Shown: positions 9,094-18,040, counted from the stretch's first letter. The stretch is 64,000 nucleotides of DNA from Bacteroidota bacterium (GCA_041170435.1 JBEAYU010000088.1:143-64142), one strand, 5' to 3'. Numbers and translations: made by a program. The notes: generated by a model from the letters alone, not told the origin.

Positions 9094-9606
9094 TTACTGC
9101 ACATCGCGAGCCAGAATACCGGTCTTGGGCATGTAGAAGTACGTGCGCTTCATACTGAATTCACGGGGCTGAAGACGATTTGGAGCGAAGTAGAACTGCA
9201 CCATCCAGCCGTTCTTGACGACGCGGAGCTTCGAGCCTGGATCGGCAATGTCGGGATTGGTATAGGCCAGCTCGTCGATCATGTCCTGCGTCAGCTCCGA
9301 CGTATCGGCGGTCGTGAAGATGTGGTACAAAAACCGCCGTCCGGACGTGGGCGCAACAATGTTTGAGTCAAGCGTCTTGCGCGTGATCTCCTGCGTCACC
9401 TCACGCACGCTCAAGGAATCATAATCCGCCACGCGAATGAAGTACACGGAGGTGATCTCCGGTCCGCGCTCCTCACGGATCATATCCACCTGCTCATAGA
9501 ACGCCACCGCATGCGAGTAGCGATAGACAACATATGCGATCGCGATCCCCACCGACACCGTCAGGAGGACCGCCACAAAGATCTTCGTGCCGCGATTGAT
9601 AGCCAT
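9094..9606 (-). CDS. hypothetical membrane-anchored protein
   Basis: 170 aa with a single N-terminal TM helix (IFVAVLLTVSVGIAIAYVVY). I recognise no family. It is preceded by the heptamer repeat. Confidence 0.6.
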   Translation of the reverse strand: MAINRGTKIFVAVLLTVSVGIAIAYVVYRYSHAVAFYEQVDMIREERGPEITSVYFIRVADYDSLSVREVTQEITRKTLDSNIVAPTSGRRFLYHIFTTADTSELTQDMIDELAYTNPDIADPGSKLRVVKNGWMVQFYFAPNRLQPREFSMKRTYFYMPKTGILARDVQ

Positions 9607-9610
9607 TTCA

Positions 9611-9640
9611 GGTTTTGGGTTTTAGGTTCTGGGTTTTGGG
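9611..9640 (-). repeat. heptamer tandem repeat, about 4 units (plus GGTTTTG / minus CCCAAAA, two units degenerate)
   Basis: Plus strand reads GGTTTTGGGTTTTAGGTTCTGGGTTTTGGG. On the minus strand it ends 4 nt (TGAA) before the ATG at 9606. Confidence 0.85.
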
Positions 9641-9729
9641 TGCGAAGGGCGCAAGTTACGGTATATGGGCAGGCTGACGACTGATGCCCGGTATCGTCTC
9701 TTCGCGTAACTGAAGAACGTCGCCCCGGC

Positions 9730-10377
9730 TTAGACGTGCGGGTTTGTAACGCTGAGAAGAACGATATAAAACGCCATCATCGTGAGGGCAAAGCTGAAGG
9801 GGATCGACAGGTTATCGTCGATCTTCAGGCGGGTTGAGCTGGCTTCGACGGTGGCTGATACGACACTGGCCAGCAGCCCGCCGACGCAGTACCACATGTC
9901 AGCGTCGAAGAGCCAGGCATAGAACAAGACGATGCATGCCGCCGAGACCGTAAAGGCCACCGAGCCGATCAGCGACTTATCGAGAAACCGGCGCTTGCCG
10001 AAGCGCCTGCCGATGAGGGCGGCGAAGCTGTCGCTGACGTTCAAGACCGTGAAGGCGGGCACGGCAACTTGTTTCGGAAAGATCGCAAACGTCAACAAAG
10101 CGGCGATCAGTACCCACGAGGCACCCGTGAGCCGAAGACGGTCCGAGTCGGTTTCGTGTGGCCGCAGCATCCCGCCAAAGTATCTCATCATGAACGTCCG
10201 AGTGGGCACATGAACGTGCATCAGCACGTCCACCAGCAGCGAAGCCACCGTCAAAACAAGCAGGATGGTGATGGCAACAAGGTGATCGACGTGCAGATAC
10301 ATCGCCGGGATCCACAACGAAGACAAGTGAATGCCCTTCCTGGCAAGCTCACTTGTGTACGATATTTGTCCCGCCAT
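9730..10377 (-). CDS. diacylglycerol/polyprenol (dolichol/phytol) kinase family membrane protein (CTP-dependent)
   Basis: Multi-TM protein with SDSFAALIGRRFGKRRF...KSLIGSVAF, typical of the SEC59/DGK1/VTE5-like family. I chose the start at MAGQISY (ATG 10377), which is uncertain. Confidence 0.65.
   Translation of the reverse strand: MAGQISYTSELARKGIHLSSLWIPAMYLHVDHLVAITILLVLTVASLLVDVLMHVHVPTRTFMMRYFGGMLRPHETDSDRLRLTGASWVLIAALLTFAIFPKQVAVPAFTVLNVSDSFAALIGRRFGKRRFLDKSLIGSVAFTVSAACIVLFYAWLFDADMWYCVGGLLASVVSATVEASSTRLKIDDNLSIPFSFALTMMAFYIVLLSVTNPHV
10361..10368 (+). promoter_or_regulatory. near-consensus -7 box (GATATTTG) 7 nt upstream of the ispE ATG
   Basis: It has one mismatch to TAnnTTTG and lies inside the divergent kinase-family gene. 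Confidence 0.2.
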
Positions 10378-11254
10378 GCTCTTTCCCTCGTTTTCCGTTA
10401 TCACCAACAGCAAGATCAACCTCGGACTCCACGTCCTGGGACGGCGCGCTGACGGATTCCACAACATCGAGTCCATCTTCGTTGCCATCGACCTGGGTGA
10501 CAGTCTGACGTTCGAGGCCGCCGATCAGCTCTCCGTTGAGTGCCACCCCGCCGTCACCCTCAGTCCGGAGCACAACATCGTACACAAGGCCGCCCGGCTC
10601 TACGCCGAACGTTTTCCCTCTGACGCGTGCGGCGCAAAGATAATCGTCAACAAGCGCATCCCTACCGGTGCAGGCCTCGGGGGTGGTTCCGGTGATGCCG
10701 CCGCTACGCTGCTATCGCTGGCCCGCATCAATGGTCGACTCGATGACCCCGGCGTGGTCGACCTGCTCCAACCCCTTGCCGCCGAATGCGGCTCCGACGT
10801 GCCGTTCTTTCTGCACTCAGGAGTGGCACTCGTCACCGGAAGGGGCGAGCTGGTCAGCCCCCTCGACGTCCCCTTCCCGTGGACCATCCTGCTGGTCTGC
10901 CCCGGCATTCACGTGAACACCGCCAATGCGTATTCCACATTGGGGATAACGAGTGCAAAGCCCTCATCAAACCTCGAAGCCAAGTATTCTTATGCTGTTG
11001 AAAATCATGTGATTAACTCGGTCGACTTCATCAATGATTTCGAGTCGGCAGTTTTTCCACAGCAACCTTTTTTGGCTGAGATCAAGCAGCGTCTCATCAA
11101 TGTGGGGGCGGACTTCGCCTCCATGAGCGGCAGCGGATCATCCGTGTATGGCCTGTTCGACTCGGCGACAAAGGCCGCAGAGGCGGCCGGGAATCTGGCC
11201 GACCTTCAGCCCTATATTTGCGCTCCAGTTACGGCACCGCTCCGCATCATATGA
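10376..11254 (+). CDS. ispE: 4-diphosphocytidyl-2-C-methyl-D-erythritol kinase
   Basis: MLFPSFSVITNSKINLGLHVLGRRADGFHNIESIF, and the GHMP kinase motif IPTGAGLGGGSGDAAA. Confidence 0.85.
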   Translation: MLFPSFSVITNSKINLGLHVLGRRADGFHNIESIFVAIDLGDSLTFEAADQLSVECHPAVTLSPEHNIVHKAARLYAERFPSDACGAKIIVNKRIPTGAGLGGGSGDAAATLLSLARINGRLDDPGVVDLLQPLAAECGSDVPFFLHSGVALVTGRGELVSPLDVPFPWTILLVCPGIHVNTANAYSTLGITSAKPSSNLEAKYSYAVENHVINSVDFINDFESAVFPQQPFLAEIKQRLINVGADFASMSGSGSSVYGLFDSATKAAEAAGNLADLQPYICAPVTAPLRII

Positions 11255-12723
11255 ACATCCTCGTCGTCGCAGCCGAAGTCGCCCCCTTTGCCAAGGTCGG
11301 AGGGCTGGCAGACATGACCGGGGCCCTGCCTCGGGCATGGTCGCAAATGGGTCATGACGTGGCCGTCATGCTCCCACTCTATGGTACCATCGATACCGCT
11401 CACTATGGTATCGAAAAGACCGACCTGGTGGTGAGCGTCCCGGTTGGGTATTGGACCGAGTATGCCGACATCTGGAAGGGCACCCTGCCAGACTCAACGG
11501 TCCCAATCTACTTCCTGCGATCGTCGGAATACTTTGACAGACAAGGCATTTACGGCTACCATGAGGGATTCGAAGACAACGATCGCCGGTATCTCTTCTT
11601 CAGCCGTGCGGCCTTTGAAGCGGCCAAGGCCTTGGGGTTTCAGCCCGACGTAGTCCACGCCCACGATTACCACACCGCGCCCTGCATGCCGATGCTGGCC
11701 ACGCAGTACCGGTACGACCCGTTCTTTGCCCACACCGCCGGTGTGTACACGATCCACAACATGGCCTTCCAGGGCATGTACGATCCGGTGCGAGCCATGG
11801 AGTTCGGAGGCTTTCCCCCGGCCGAGTTCTATCCGTCGAGCTGGTATGAACATCACGGGTCGTTCAATGCCATGAAGGCCGGCATCATGTTCGCCGACAA
11901 GGTCACGACGGTATCGCCCACCTACAGCCAGGAGATCCGCTGGACCGATGAGGGAATGGGCTTGCAGGGGGCGTTGCAGTCACGCGCCCACGACGTCGTT
12001 GGTGTGCTCAATGGCATCGATACATCCGTCTGGCATCCGTCATCTGACCGGCACATCGCCGTGCCGTATGATGTGAGCTCACTCGGAAAGAAGGACGTTA
12101 ACAAACGCGCCCTACTGCGCCTTGCCGGACTCCCCAGCGACGATTCGGCGGCACAGATGCCCATCATCGGCATGGTCAGCCGCCTTACCCAGCAAAAGGG
12201 CATACCGATCATGATGCGGGCTGTGTGGGATGTGCTTCAGAATCGCCGTGCCCGTCTGGTGGTACTTGGCAGTGGCGTGCGGGAGTTCGAAGACTTCTTC
12301 CATCGGGCCGAGGATCGTTTCCCTGACCTGGTGCGCTTTGTCAAGGGGTATAATGAGCCCCTTAGCCATCAGATTCAGGCCGGCGCAGACCTCTATCTCA
12401 TGCCGTCGCAATTCGAGCCGTGTGGCCTCACCCAGATGTATGCCATGGCCTACGGCACGGTACCGGTAGTGCGCTCGATCGGCGGTCTGGCCGACACCGT
12501 GACGCAGTATGATCGCGGCACTCGGCACGGCACCGGCGTGCGATTCTATGACTACGACGAGGCAGCCGTGGGCCACGCTCTCGATGTGGCACTCGGACTC
12601 TATGGCGACGAACCGCACTGGACGCAGATACGCACCAATGCGATGATGCAGGACAACTCTATCGACGTGGCGGCCGGCCACTACCTCGAGGTGTTCTCCT
12701 GGGCTCAGGAGCGGCACGCCTGA
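11251..12723 (+). CDS. glgA: glycogen synthase (ADP-glucose type)
   Basis: MNILVVAAEVAPFAKVGGLADMTGALP is the canonical GlgA N-terminus. It has an ATGA overlap with the ispE stop. Confidence 0.9.
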   Translation: MNILVVAAEVAPFAKVGGLADMTGALPRAWSQMGHDVAVMLPLYGTIDTAHYGIEKTDLVVSVPVGYWTEYADIWKGTLPDSTVPIYFLRSSEYFDRQGIYGYHEGFEDNDRRYLFFSRAAFEAAKALGFQPDVVHAHDYHTAPCMPMLATQYRYDPFFAHTAGVYTIHNMAFQGMYDPVRAMEFGGFPPAEFYPSSWYEHHGSFNAMKAGIMFADKVTTVSPTYSQEIRWTDEGMGLQGALQSRAHDVVGVLNGIDTSVWHPSSDRHIAVPYDVSSLGKKDVNKRALLRLAGLPSDDSAAQMPIIGMVSRLTQQKGIPIMMRAVWDVLQNRRARLVVLGSGVREFEDFFHRAEDRFPDLVRFVKGYNEPLSHQIQAGADLYLMPSQFEPCGLTQMYAMAYGTVPVVRSIGGLADTVTQYDRGTRHGTGVRFYDYDEAAVGHALDVALGLYGDEPHWTQIRTNAMMQDNSIDVAAGHYLEVFSWAQERHA

Positions 12724-13942
12724 CGGGAGCCTCTTCGAACGGAACGAATGAGATCACCACTTCCAGGCCCGTTGTGCCCGGAAACAGGTCCACCGGCGTG
12801 ATGCGCTCTGGCTCATAACCGGCCGAACGCCATTCTCGCAGACTGCGGCCGATCTCGTCCGGACCGCAGAAGATCTCCACCACACGCCGAGGCTCGAGCA
12901 TTCGGGCCAATTCCCGAATCATGCCAGGGGGCGTTGCAGACCGCGGCGGATCGAGGATCACCACGCGAGGCGCATCCACGAGATGCCGAGGTACGGACTT
13001 ATCGAGCTTACGGCCCAGCCGCCCGATATCTTGCGGCTCGGAAAAGATCTGTTGAACAGCGCTGACGTTTCCTCCGGCCCGACGAACGTTGTAGCGCGCG
13101 TTGTCGACCGTTGCCGCATCGGCATCGCACGTGACCACGTGCTTGACCTGCTTTGCCAGCGAAGCACCGAACAGACCATAGCCACTGTAGAGATCAAACA
13201 GAACATCCTCGGCCTGGCATGCAGCATGCGAAGTGACCACCGAGACCAGTGACGCAAGCATGGCCAGATTGATCTGCGAGAACGAGAACACCCCAACCTG
13301 AAATGTCACGTCGGCAACATCCTGCTTCCACGCAGCTGCGCCGAGAAGCTTCTTCGACCCCACGCCTGTGGCCGGGCGCTCGATGTCGAGGTAGTAGCGC
13401 GACCCCTTCGGATCGTGATAGATCCAGACGTGAGCCACCATCGGAAACTCCTCACAGAGCGTTTCGGAGACCTTCCTGACGGAGCGAACGATGCGGGCGT
13501 CCATCTCTCGAACATTGATCACCAGCACATGCTCGTCGTAGGTACCACGCAGGATCACGTGGCTGATAGCCTCGACAACGCTCGAGTGCTGACGCGCCAA
13601 TAGCTGCTCTAGGCGTTCGTAGATCGCCCCATGAATGGCCGGCTCCAGCGGACTTGGCGCACCGGACGGAGTCCCGTCGCCATGCGTCAGCAACACCTTT
13701 CCGTCCCACGTACCGAGGCGCCGGCGTGACGTGGTGCGGTAGGCTCTGGGCATCGGTGCCTCGACGAGCGCGTCAACCCGCGCAGAGCCAATGCGCAGAT
13801 CGGAGACGAACTCCTTCCATGCAAGAGACTTAACAACGGATTCGGTACGATAATCGAGGGCGGCAAGGGGCTCAACGCCACCTCCGATTTCGACCCTCTT
13901 GGAGTGCGCTGCGCTGCGCACGCATGATTCGAAGGTAGCCAT
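12659..13942 (-). CDS. class I SAM-dependent RNA methyltransferase (TrmA/RumA-like)
   Basis: DLYSGYGLFGASLA (SAM motif I) and the C-terminal DLFPGTTGLEVV pattern. I chose the start at MATFESC (ATG 13942) so that it does not overlap the divergent TonB receptor start. The Arg/Pro-rich tail overlaps the glgA 3' end. Confidence 0.7.
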   Translation of the reverse strand: MATFESCVRSAAHSKRVEIGGGVEPLAALDYRTESVVKSLAWKEFVSDLRIGSARVDALVEAPMPRAYRTTSRRRLGTWDGKVLLTHGDGTPSGAPSPLEPAIHGAIYERLEQLLARQHSSVVEAISHVILRGTYDEHVLVINVREMDARIVRSVRKVSETLCEEFPMVAHVWIYHDPKGSRYYLDIERPATGVGSKKLLGAAAWKQDVADVTFQVGVFSFSQINLAMLASLVSVVTSHAACQAEDVLFDLYSGYGLFGASLAKQVKHVVTCDADAATVDNARYNVRRAGGNVSAVQQIFSEPQDIGRLGRKLDKSVPRHLVDAPRVVILDPPRSATPPGMIRELARMLEPRRVVEIFCGPDEIGRSLREWRSAGYEPERITPVDLFPGTTGLEVVISFVPFEEAPVRRAAPEPRRTPRGSGRPPRR

Positions 13943-13946
13943 TGGG

Positions 13947-13954
13947 CAAAGATA
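13947..13954 (-). promoter_or_regulatory. candidate -7 box (minus-strand GCGTATCTTTG) 4 nt from the ATG
   Basis: Plus-strand caaagata, then tggg, then the ATG at 13942 on the minus strand. Confidence 0.35.
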
Positions 13955-14030
13955 CGCCGAGACGGCGCCGAGCACCGTGGAAATGCCGTAAATTGGCGCC
14001 CCCACGTCATCTCCTGCCGAGCTCCCTGCT

Positions 14031-17000
14031 ATGTTGCGCACCCTCTTCTACATCGCCGTGATCACCGTTCTCTTGGCAGCGGTCGAGTCCCGTGGCCAAG
14101 GCGTAACCACTGGCTCGATCACCGGCACGATCACCGGTGATCTTGATGGCAAGAAGCAAGCACTCTCCGGAGCGACGGTTCGTGCGACGTCGACCTCGAC
14201 CGGTGCGGTCTACGGCGCGATCACCAAGAGCAAAGGTCAGTACCTGATCCGAGGTCTACGTCCGGGACTCTACAACGTGAGCGTGACCTACGTTGGCTTC
14301 CGCGGCGATACGGTCAGAGGCGTGAATGTTGACGTAGGCGATGCGACCTCGCTCAACATCCAGCTCAACCAGTCAACCTCCACGACCAGTGAAGTGCTCG
14401 TCACTGCCGAGCGAGACGGGATATTCGATGCATCCAAGAACGGCTCCGGGTCGGTGATCAGCGAAGCCGTCATCACGGCCTCGCCGTCGATCAATCGCAG
14501 CATCAGCGATCTGGCTCGCATGAACCCCTACACCAATCAGACCCAGACGGCCGGCAGTGACGGACTGCAGGGTGTGAGCATCATGGGCGTGAACTCTCGC
14601 TTCAACAATTTCCAGATCGACGGTGCCGTGGCCAATGATGTGTTCGCACTTGGCGCGGCTGGCACGGCAGGCTCGCAGGCGAATTCGAACTTTGTCTCAC
14701 TCGATGCCATCGAACGCATCCGCGTGAACGTTTCTCCATATGACATCCGCCAAAGCGGTTTTACCGGCGGACTGGTCAATGCCATCACGCGCGGCGGAAC
14801 CAACACGGTCAAGGGCTCGGTGTTTCTCTTCGGACGCAATCAGGACCTTGTGGGCCTCAGTCCGGATGCTGCCAAGAAACCCTTCGACAAGTTTTATGAC
14901 GTGCAGTTCGGCGGACGCGTCGGCGGTCCGATCATCAAGGACAAGCTGCTCTTCCACGTCACCGCCGAGGGTCGCCTGCGGTCGACACCGATCGTCGTGG
15001 GATTGAATGACCCGACCGAGCTGAACAACTTCCCTGTCGATGCCGAGGTACTCGACCGGATCATCGATGTCTCGCGTTCCAAATACGGCTACGACCCTGG
15101 CACGTATGGCACGACGAACATCCGCAACAACTCTGCCAGCGTCATTGCGCGTCTGGATTGGAACCTGGATGAGAACAACAAGATCCAGATACGTCACAAC
15201 TTCACGTATGGCATACAGGACCGGAATCTTCTTCGGAACAATCTGAACTACAGCCTGACGAGTCGAATGAACACCTTCGAGAGCGTCAACAACCAGACGG
15301 TTCTCCAATGGAACGGCGTGCTCGCCCCCTCCCTAAGCAATGAGCTACGCATCTCGATGACGCAGACCAATGATCGACGTATCCTGCCGAGCAGTGCCGC
15401 CGGCGAGCCGATCCCCTTTCCTGAAGTACGCATCCAGGTAGGTTCGGGTCTGAACGTCATTCTCGGTCCGGAACGAAGCTCGCAAGCCAATGCGCTGGAT
15501 CAGACCATCATTGCGCTGACCGATGATCTGACATGGTTCACCGGCGACCACACCATCACGGTGGGAACCCATAACGAGTTCTCGCGCTTCAACAATCTCT
15601 TCATCCAGGACTACTACGGTAGCATCCAGTACGCATCGGTCGACGCGTTTGCAGACAGCCTGGCCAACTTCTATCGCGTCAGCTACGCCAATGACTCAGT
15701 GACAGGGGGCAATCCCCTTCCGCGTGCCGCATGGAACATGATCCAGATCGGTGGCTACATCCAGGATGAATGGCAGGCAACTGAGCACCTGCGCCTGAGC
15801 GGCGGAGTGCGCATCGACATGCCGATCTTCCTTAGCACGCCATATGAGAATCCCGCGTTTGCCCAGGCATTTCCCGGACGCTCCACCTCTGCCGTGCCCG
15901 AAGGGATCATGCTCTTTTCGCCACGCTTTGGATTCAACTACGACCCAACCGGTTCGCGTACCGTTCAGATACGCGGTGGCTCCGGGATCTTCACCGGACG
16001 TGTCGCCGCCGTGTGGCTGTCGAACCAGTATTCGAACACGGGCATGGATCTGTTCCGCGCCGAACTGGGGACAAACAACTCTCCCAATGCCATCAACAAC
16101 ACGCTAGGTCAACCCTTCCGGTGGGACATCACCCGACGTCCACCACGTCCGGGCGATACTCTCTATCCCGGTAGCGCAGTCAACACCACAGCCATCAACA
16201 TCACCGATTCGGACTTCACGCTCCCGCAGGTGTGGCGGTCAACGCTTGCCACCGACATCAAATTGATGAGCGGTCTGACGCTCACGCTCGAGGGGATGTA
16301 CGGTGCGTTCCTCAATCAGGTGGACTACCGCAACCTCAACCTGCGTCCATCAAACATGCGCTACGTGGTCGATGGGGACACGCTCGTGGGAGTCTCCCCG
16401 ATCGATGGTCGCAAACTCTACGCAGGGGGCTTGGCAGACTCGCTGGTGGATCGCCGCTTTACGAATGTGATCCTCATGAGCAGTCGCGATGCCGGCAACC
16501 AATATTCGGCATCCGCGCAACTTCGGTTGGATGAGAACAACTCTATCGCTCCCGGCCTGAGCGCTATGATGTCATACACCTATGGTCGCACGCAGGATCT
16601 GACGTCCTCGACGGCGGCCACCGCACTGTCACAGTGGACAGGCACAGACGGGATCGACCCCAACAATTTGCAGGTTGGCATCTCCAACTTCGATCAGCTT
16701 CACCGTATCGCCATCAGTGCCTCGTACAGAATCACATGGACAGATGGCCATGCAACTACTCTTGGGCTCTTCTACTCCGGCAATTCCGGACGTCCCTACT
16801 CGATCTCGTATGCGCAGGACTTAAACGGTGACAACGCTGCGGGTGGCAATGACCTGATCTACATCCCACGTCGCGAAGACCTCAACACGCGAGTCGTGAT
16901 TCCCAAACCTGCAGACGTGACGGACCTGCGCTCACCTGAGCAGATCTGGGCACAGATGATGGCCCTGATCGATGCCAACCCGTTGCTGAAGGAGTATCAA

Positions 17001-17336
17001 GGGCAGATCCTTCCTCGAAATGCACTGCGCGAACCTTGGATCAATCAGCTCGATCTGAGAATCTCGCAGGAATTGCAGAACTGGCAGTTTACCCTTGACG
17101 TGCAGAATCTCTTGAATCTGATCGATCCTTCATGGGGCCTGCAGCGCTTCGTGGACTTTCAAAGCTCCAATCTTTTCGGTCTTGTGCTCGATAGTCAAAA
17201 CAAGCCGTTCGACGCCCAAGGCCGCCTTCGGATGTCGTACAGCGAGCCCCTTACCGCCGGACGTCCGGGGATCTACATCATCGACAATTTCTTCTCACGT
17301 TGGCGTGCGCAGATCGGCGTGAGGTACTCGTTCTGA
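14031..17336 (+). CDS. TonB-dependent receptor with N-terminal carboxypeptidase-regulatory-like domain
   Basis: 1101 aa. It has a signal peptide, GSITGTITG...GATVRATSTSTGAVYGAITKSKGQYLIRGLRPGLYNVSVTYVGF (CarboxypepD_reg), plug and barrel regions, and a C-terminal GVRYSF. Confidence 0.9.
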   Translation: MLRTLFYIAVITVLLAAVESRGQGVTTGSITGTITGDLDGKKQALSGATVRATSTSTGAVYGAITKSKGQYLIRGLRPGLYNVSVTYVGFRGDTVRGVNVDVGDATSLNIQLNQSTSTTSEVLVTAERDGIFDASKNGSGSVISEAVITASPSINRSISDLARMNPYTNQTQTAGSDGLQGVSIMGVNSRFNNFQIDGAVANDVFALGAAGTAGSQANSNFVSLDAIERIRVNVSPYDIRQSGFTGGLVNAITRGGTNTVKGSVFLFGRNQDLVGLSPDAAKKPFDKFYDVQFGGRVGGPIIKDKLLFHVTAEGRLRSTPIVVGLNDPTELNNFPVDAEVLDRIIDVSRSKYGYDPGTYGTTNIRNNSASVIARLDWNLDENNKIQIRHNFTYGIQDRNLLRNNLNYSLTSRMNTFESVNNQTVLQWNGVLAPSLSNELRISMTQTNDRRILPSSAAGEPIPFPEVRIQVGSGLNVILGPERSSQANALDQTIIALTDDLTWFTGDHTITVGTHNEFSRFNNLFIQDYYGSIQYASVDAFADSLANFYRVSYANDSVTGGNPLPRAAWNMIQIGGYIQDEWQATEHLRLSGGVRIDMPIFLSTPYENPAFAQAFPGRSTSAVPEGIMLFSPRFGFNYDPTGSRTVQIRGGSGIFTGRVAAVWLSNQYSNTGMDLFRAELGTNNSPNAINNTLGQPFRWDITRRPPRPGDTLYPGSAVNTTAINITDSDFTLPQVWRSTLATDIKLMSGLTLTLEGMYGAFLNQVDYRNLNLRPSNMRYVVDGDTLVGVSPIDGRKLYAGGLADSLVDRRFTNVILMSSRDAGNQYSASAQLRLDENNSIAPGLSAMMSYTYGRTQDLTSSTAATALSQWTGTDGIDPNNLQVGISNFDQLHRIAISASYRITWTDGHATTLGLFYSGNSGRPYSISYAQDLNGDNAAGGNDLIYIPRREDLNTRVVIPKPADVTDLRSPEQIWAQMMALIDANPLLKEYQGQILPRNALREPWINQLDLRISQELQNWQFTLDVQNLLNLIDPSWGLQRFVDFQSSNLFGLVLDSQNKPFDAQGRLRMSYSEPLTAGRPGIYIIDNFFSRWRAQIGVRYSF

Positions 17337-17338
17337 CC

Positions 17339-18028
17339 ATGAAACTTTTTCGAATATCTCTGACGCACGCGCTGATGGCGCTCATCGCCTTTGTGATGAT
17401 CGGATGCCAAGACGGCGTGCTGACATTCCCTACGCCGGAGCCGGCACTGATGCGCATCGTCAACGTCACGTTGAACGTGCCTCGTGCGCGCGTTATCATC
17501 GACAGCACTACCGTCATCGAAGCCAACCGAGGCGAGGCATCAGAGTTTGTTGAGGTCGCTGCCGGACGTCAGATCAATGTCCAGCTCGGCAGCAGCAACC
17601 GCATCTATCGATCCAACCTCCGTTACACGCTCGGCGGCAGCGGCAGGGTGATTCTGTTTGTGCGCGGTGATACGACAAAGCTTGTCGAGTTTCGCCGTGA
17701 GATTCAGGACACACTTCTGCCTGACACCACGCAGAGCTCCTTCGTGCGCTTTACGCACATGGCCGAGAACGTCGATAGCGGTTACTTTCTCGAGCTTTGG
17801 ATCACCGGTGGCCCTCGTGTATTCACGGACGAGTTCGAACCGGGCATCAGCTCGAGGTCCTACTTCCCCCTCACCTCAGGCACCTACTCTTTTGAAGTAC
17901 GGGAGGCCGGCACAACAAACGTGCTTGCTCGCCTTTCAAACGTCGTGATCGATTCGGGTCGATCGTACATGCTTTACACGTACGACGCGTCCGATTCGAT
18001 CGACGACATGTCCCTTGCAATTTTCTGA
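17339..18028 (+). CDS. lipoprotein, DUF4397-like
   Basis: The lipobox is LIAFVMIGCQ. LMRIVNVTLNVPRARVIIDSTTV and VRFTHMAENVDSGYFLELWI resemble DUF4397 repeats. It starts 2 nt after the receptor stop. Confidence 0.55.
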   Translation: MKLFRISLTHALMALIAFVMIGCQDGVLTFPTPEPALMRIVNVTLNVPRARVIIDSTTVIEANRGEASEFVEVAAGRQINVQLGSSNRIYRSNLRYTLGGSGRVILFVRGDTTKLVEFRREIQDTLLPDTTQSSFVRFTHMAENVDSGYFLELWITGGPRVFTDEFEPGISSRSYFPLTSGTYSFEVREAGTTNVLARLSNVVIDSGRSYMLYTYDASDSIDDMSLAIF

Positions 18029-18040
18029 CGTTTCACACTC

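Noticed and set aside
9611-9640. The heptamer GGGTTTT/CCCAAAA tracts (also at 56030-56058) as a CRISPR array, a true telomere or an IS end.
   Set aside because: The units are 7 nt with no spacers, and each tract is only about 30 nt. Both are internal to dense gene arrays with no cas, telomere-resolvase or transposase genes. I kept them as a finding only in the sense of a leader or regulatory repeat.
9642-9729. Nested inverted repeats (AGTTACG...CGTAACT, GGGCA...TGCCC, GACGA...TCGTC) that might be a structured RNA or terminator after the kinase-family gene.
   Set aside because: The stems are short (5-7 bp) and mutually exclusive. There is no T-tract and I recognise no riboswitch or sRNA consensus. 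This is too weak to call without covariation data.
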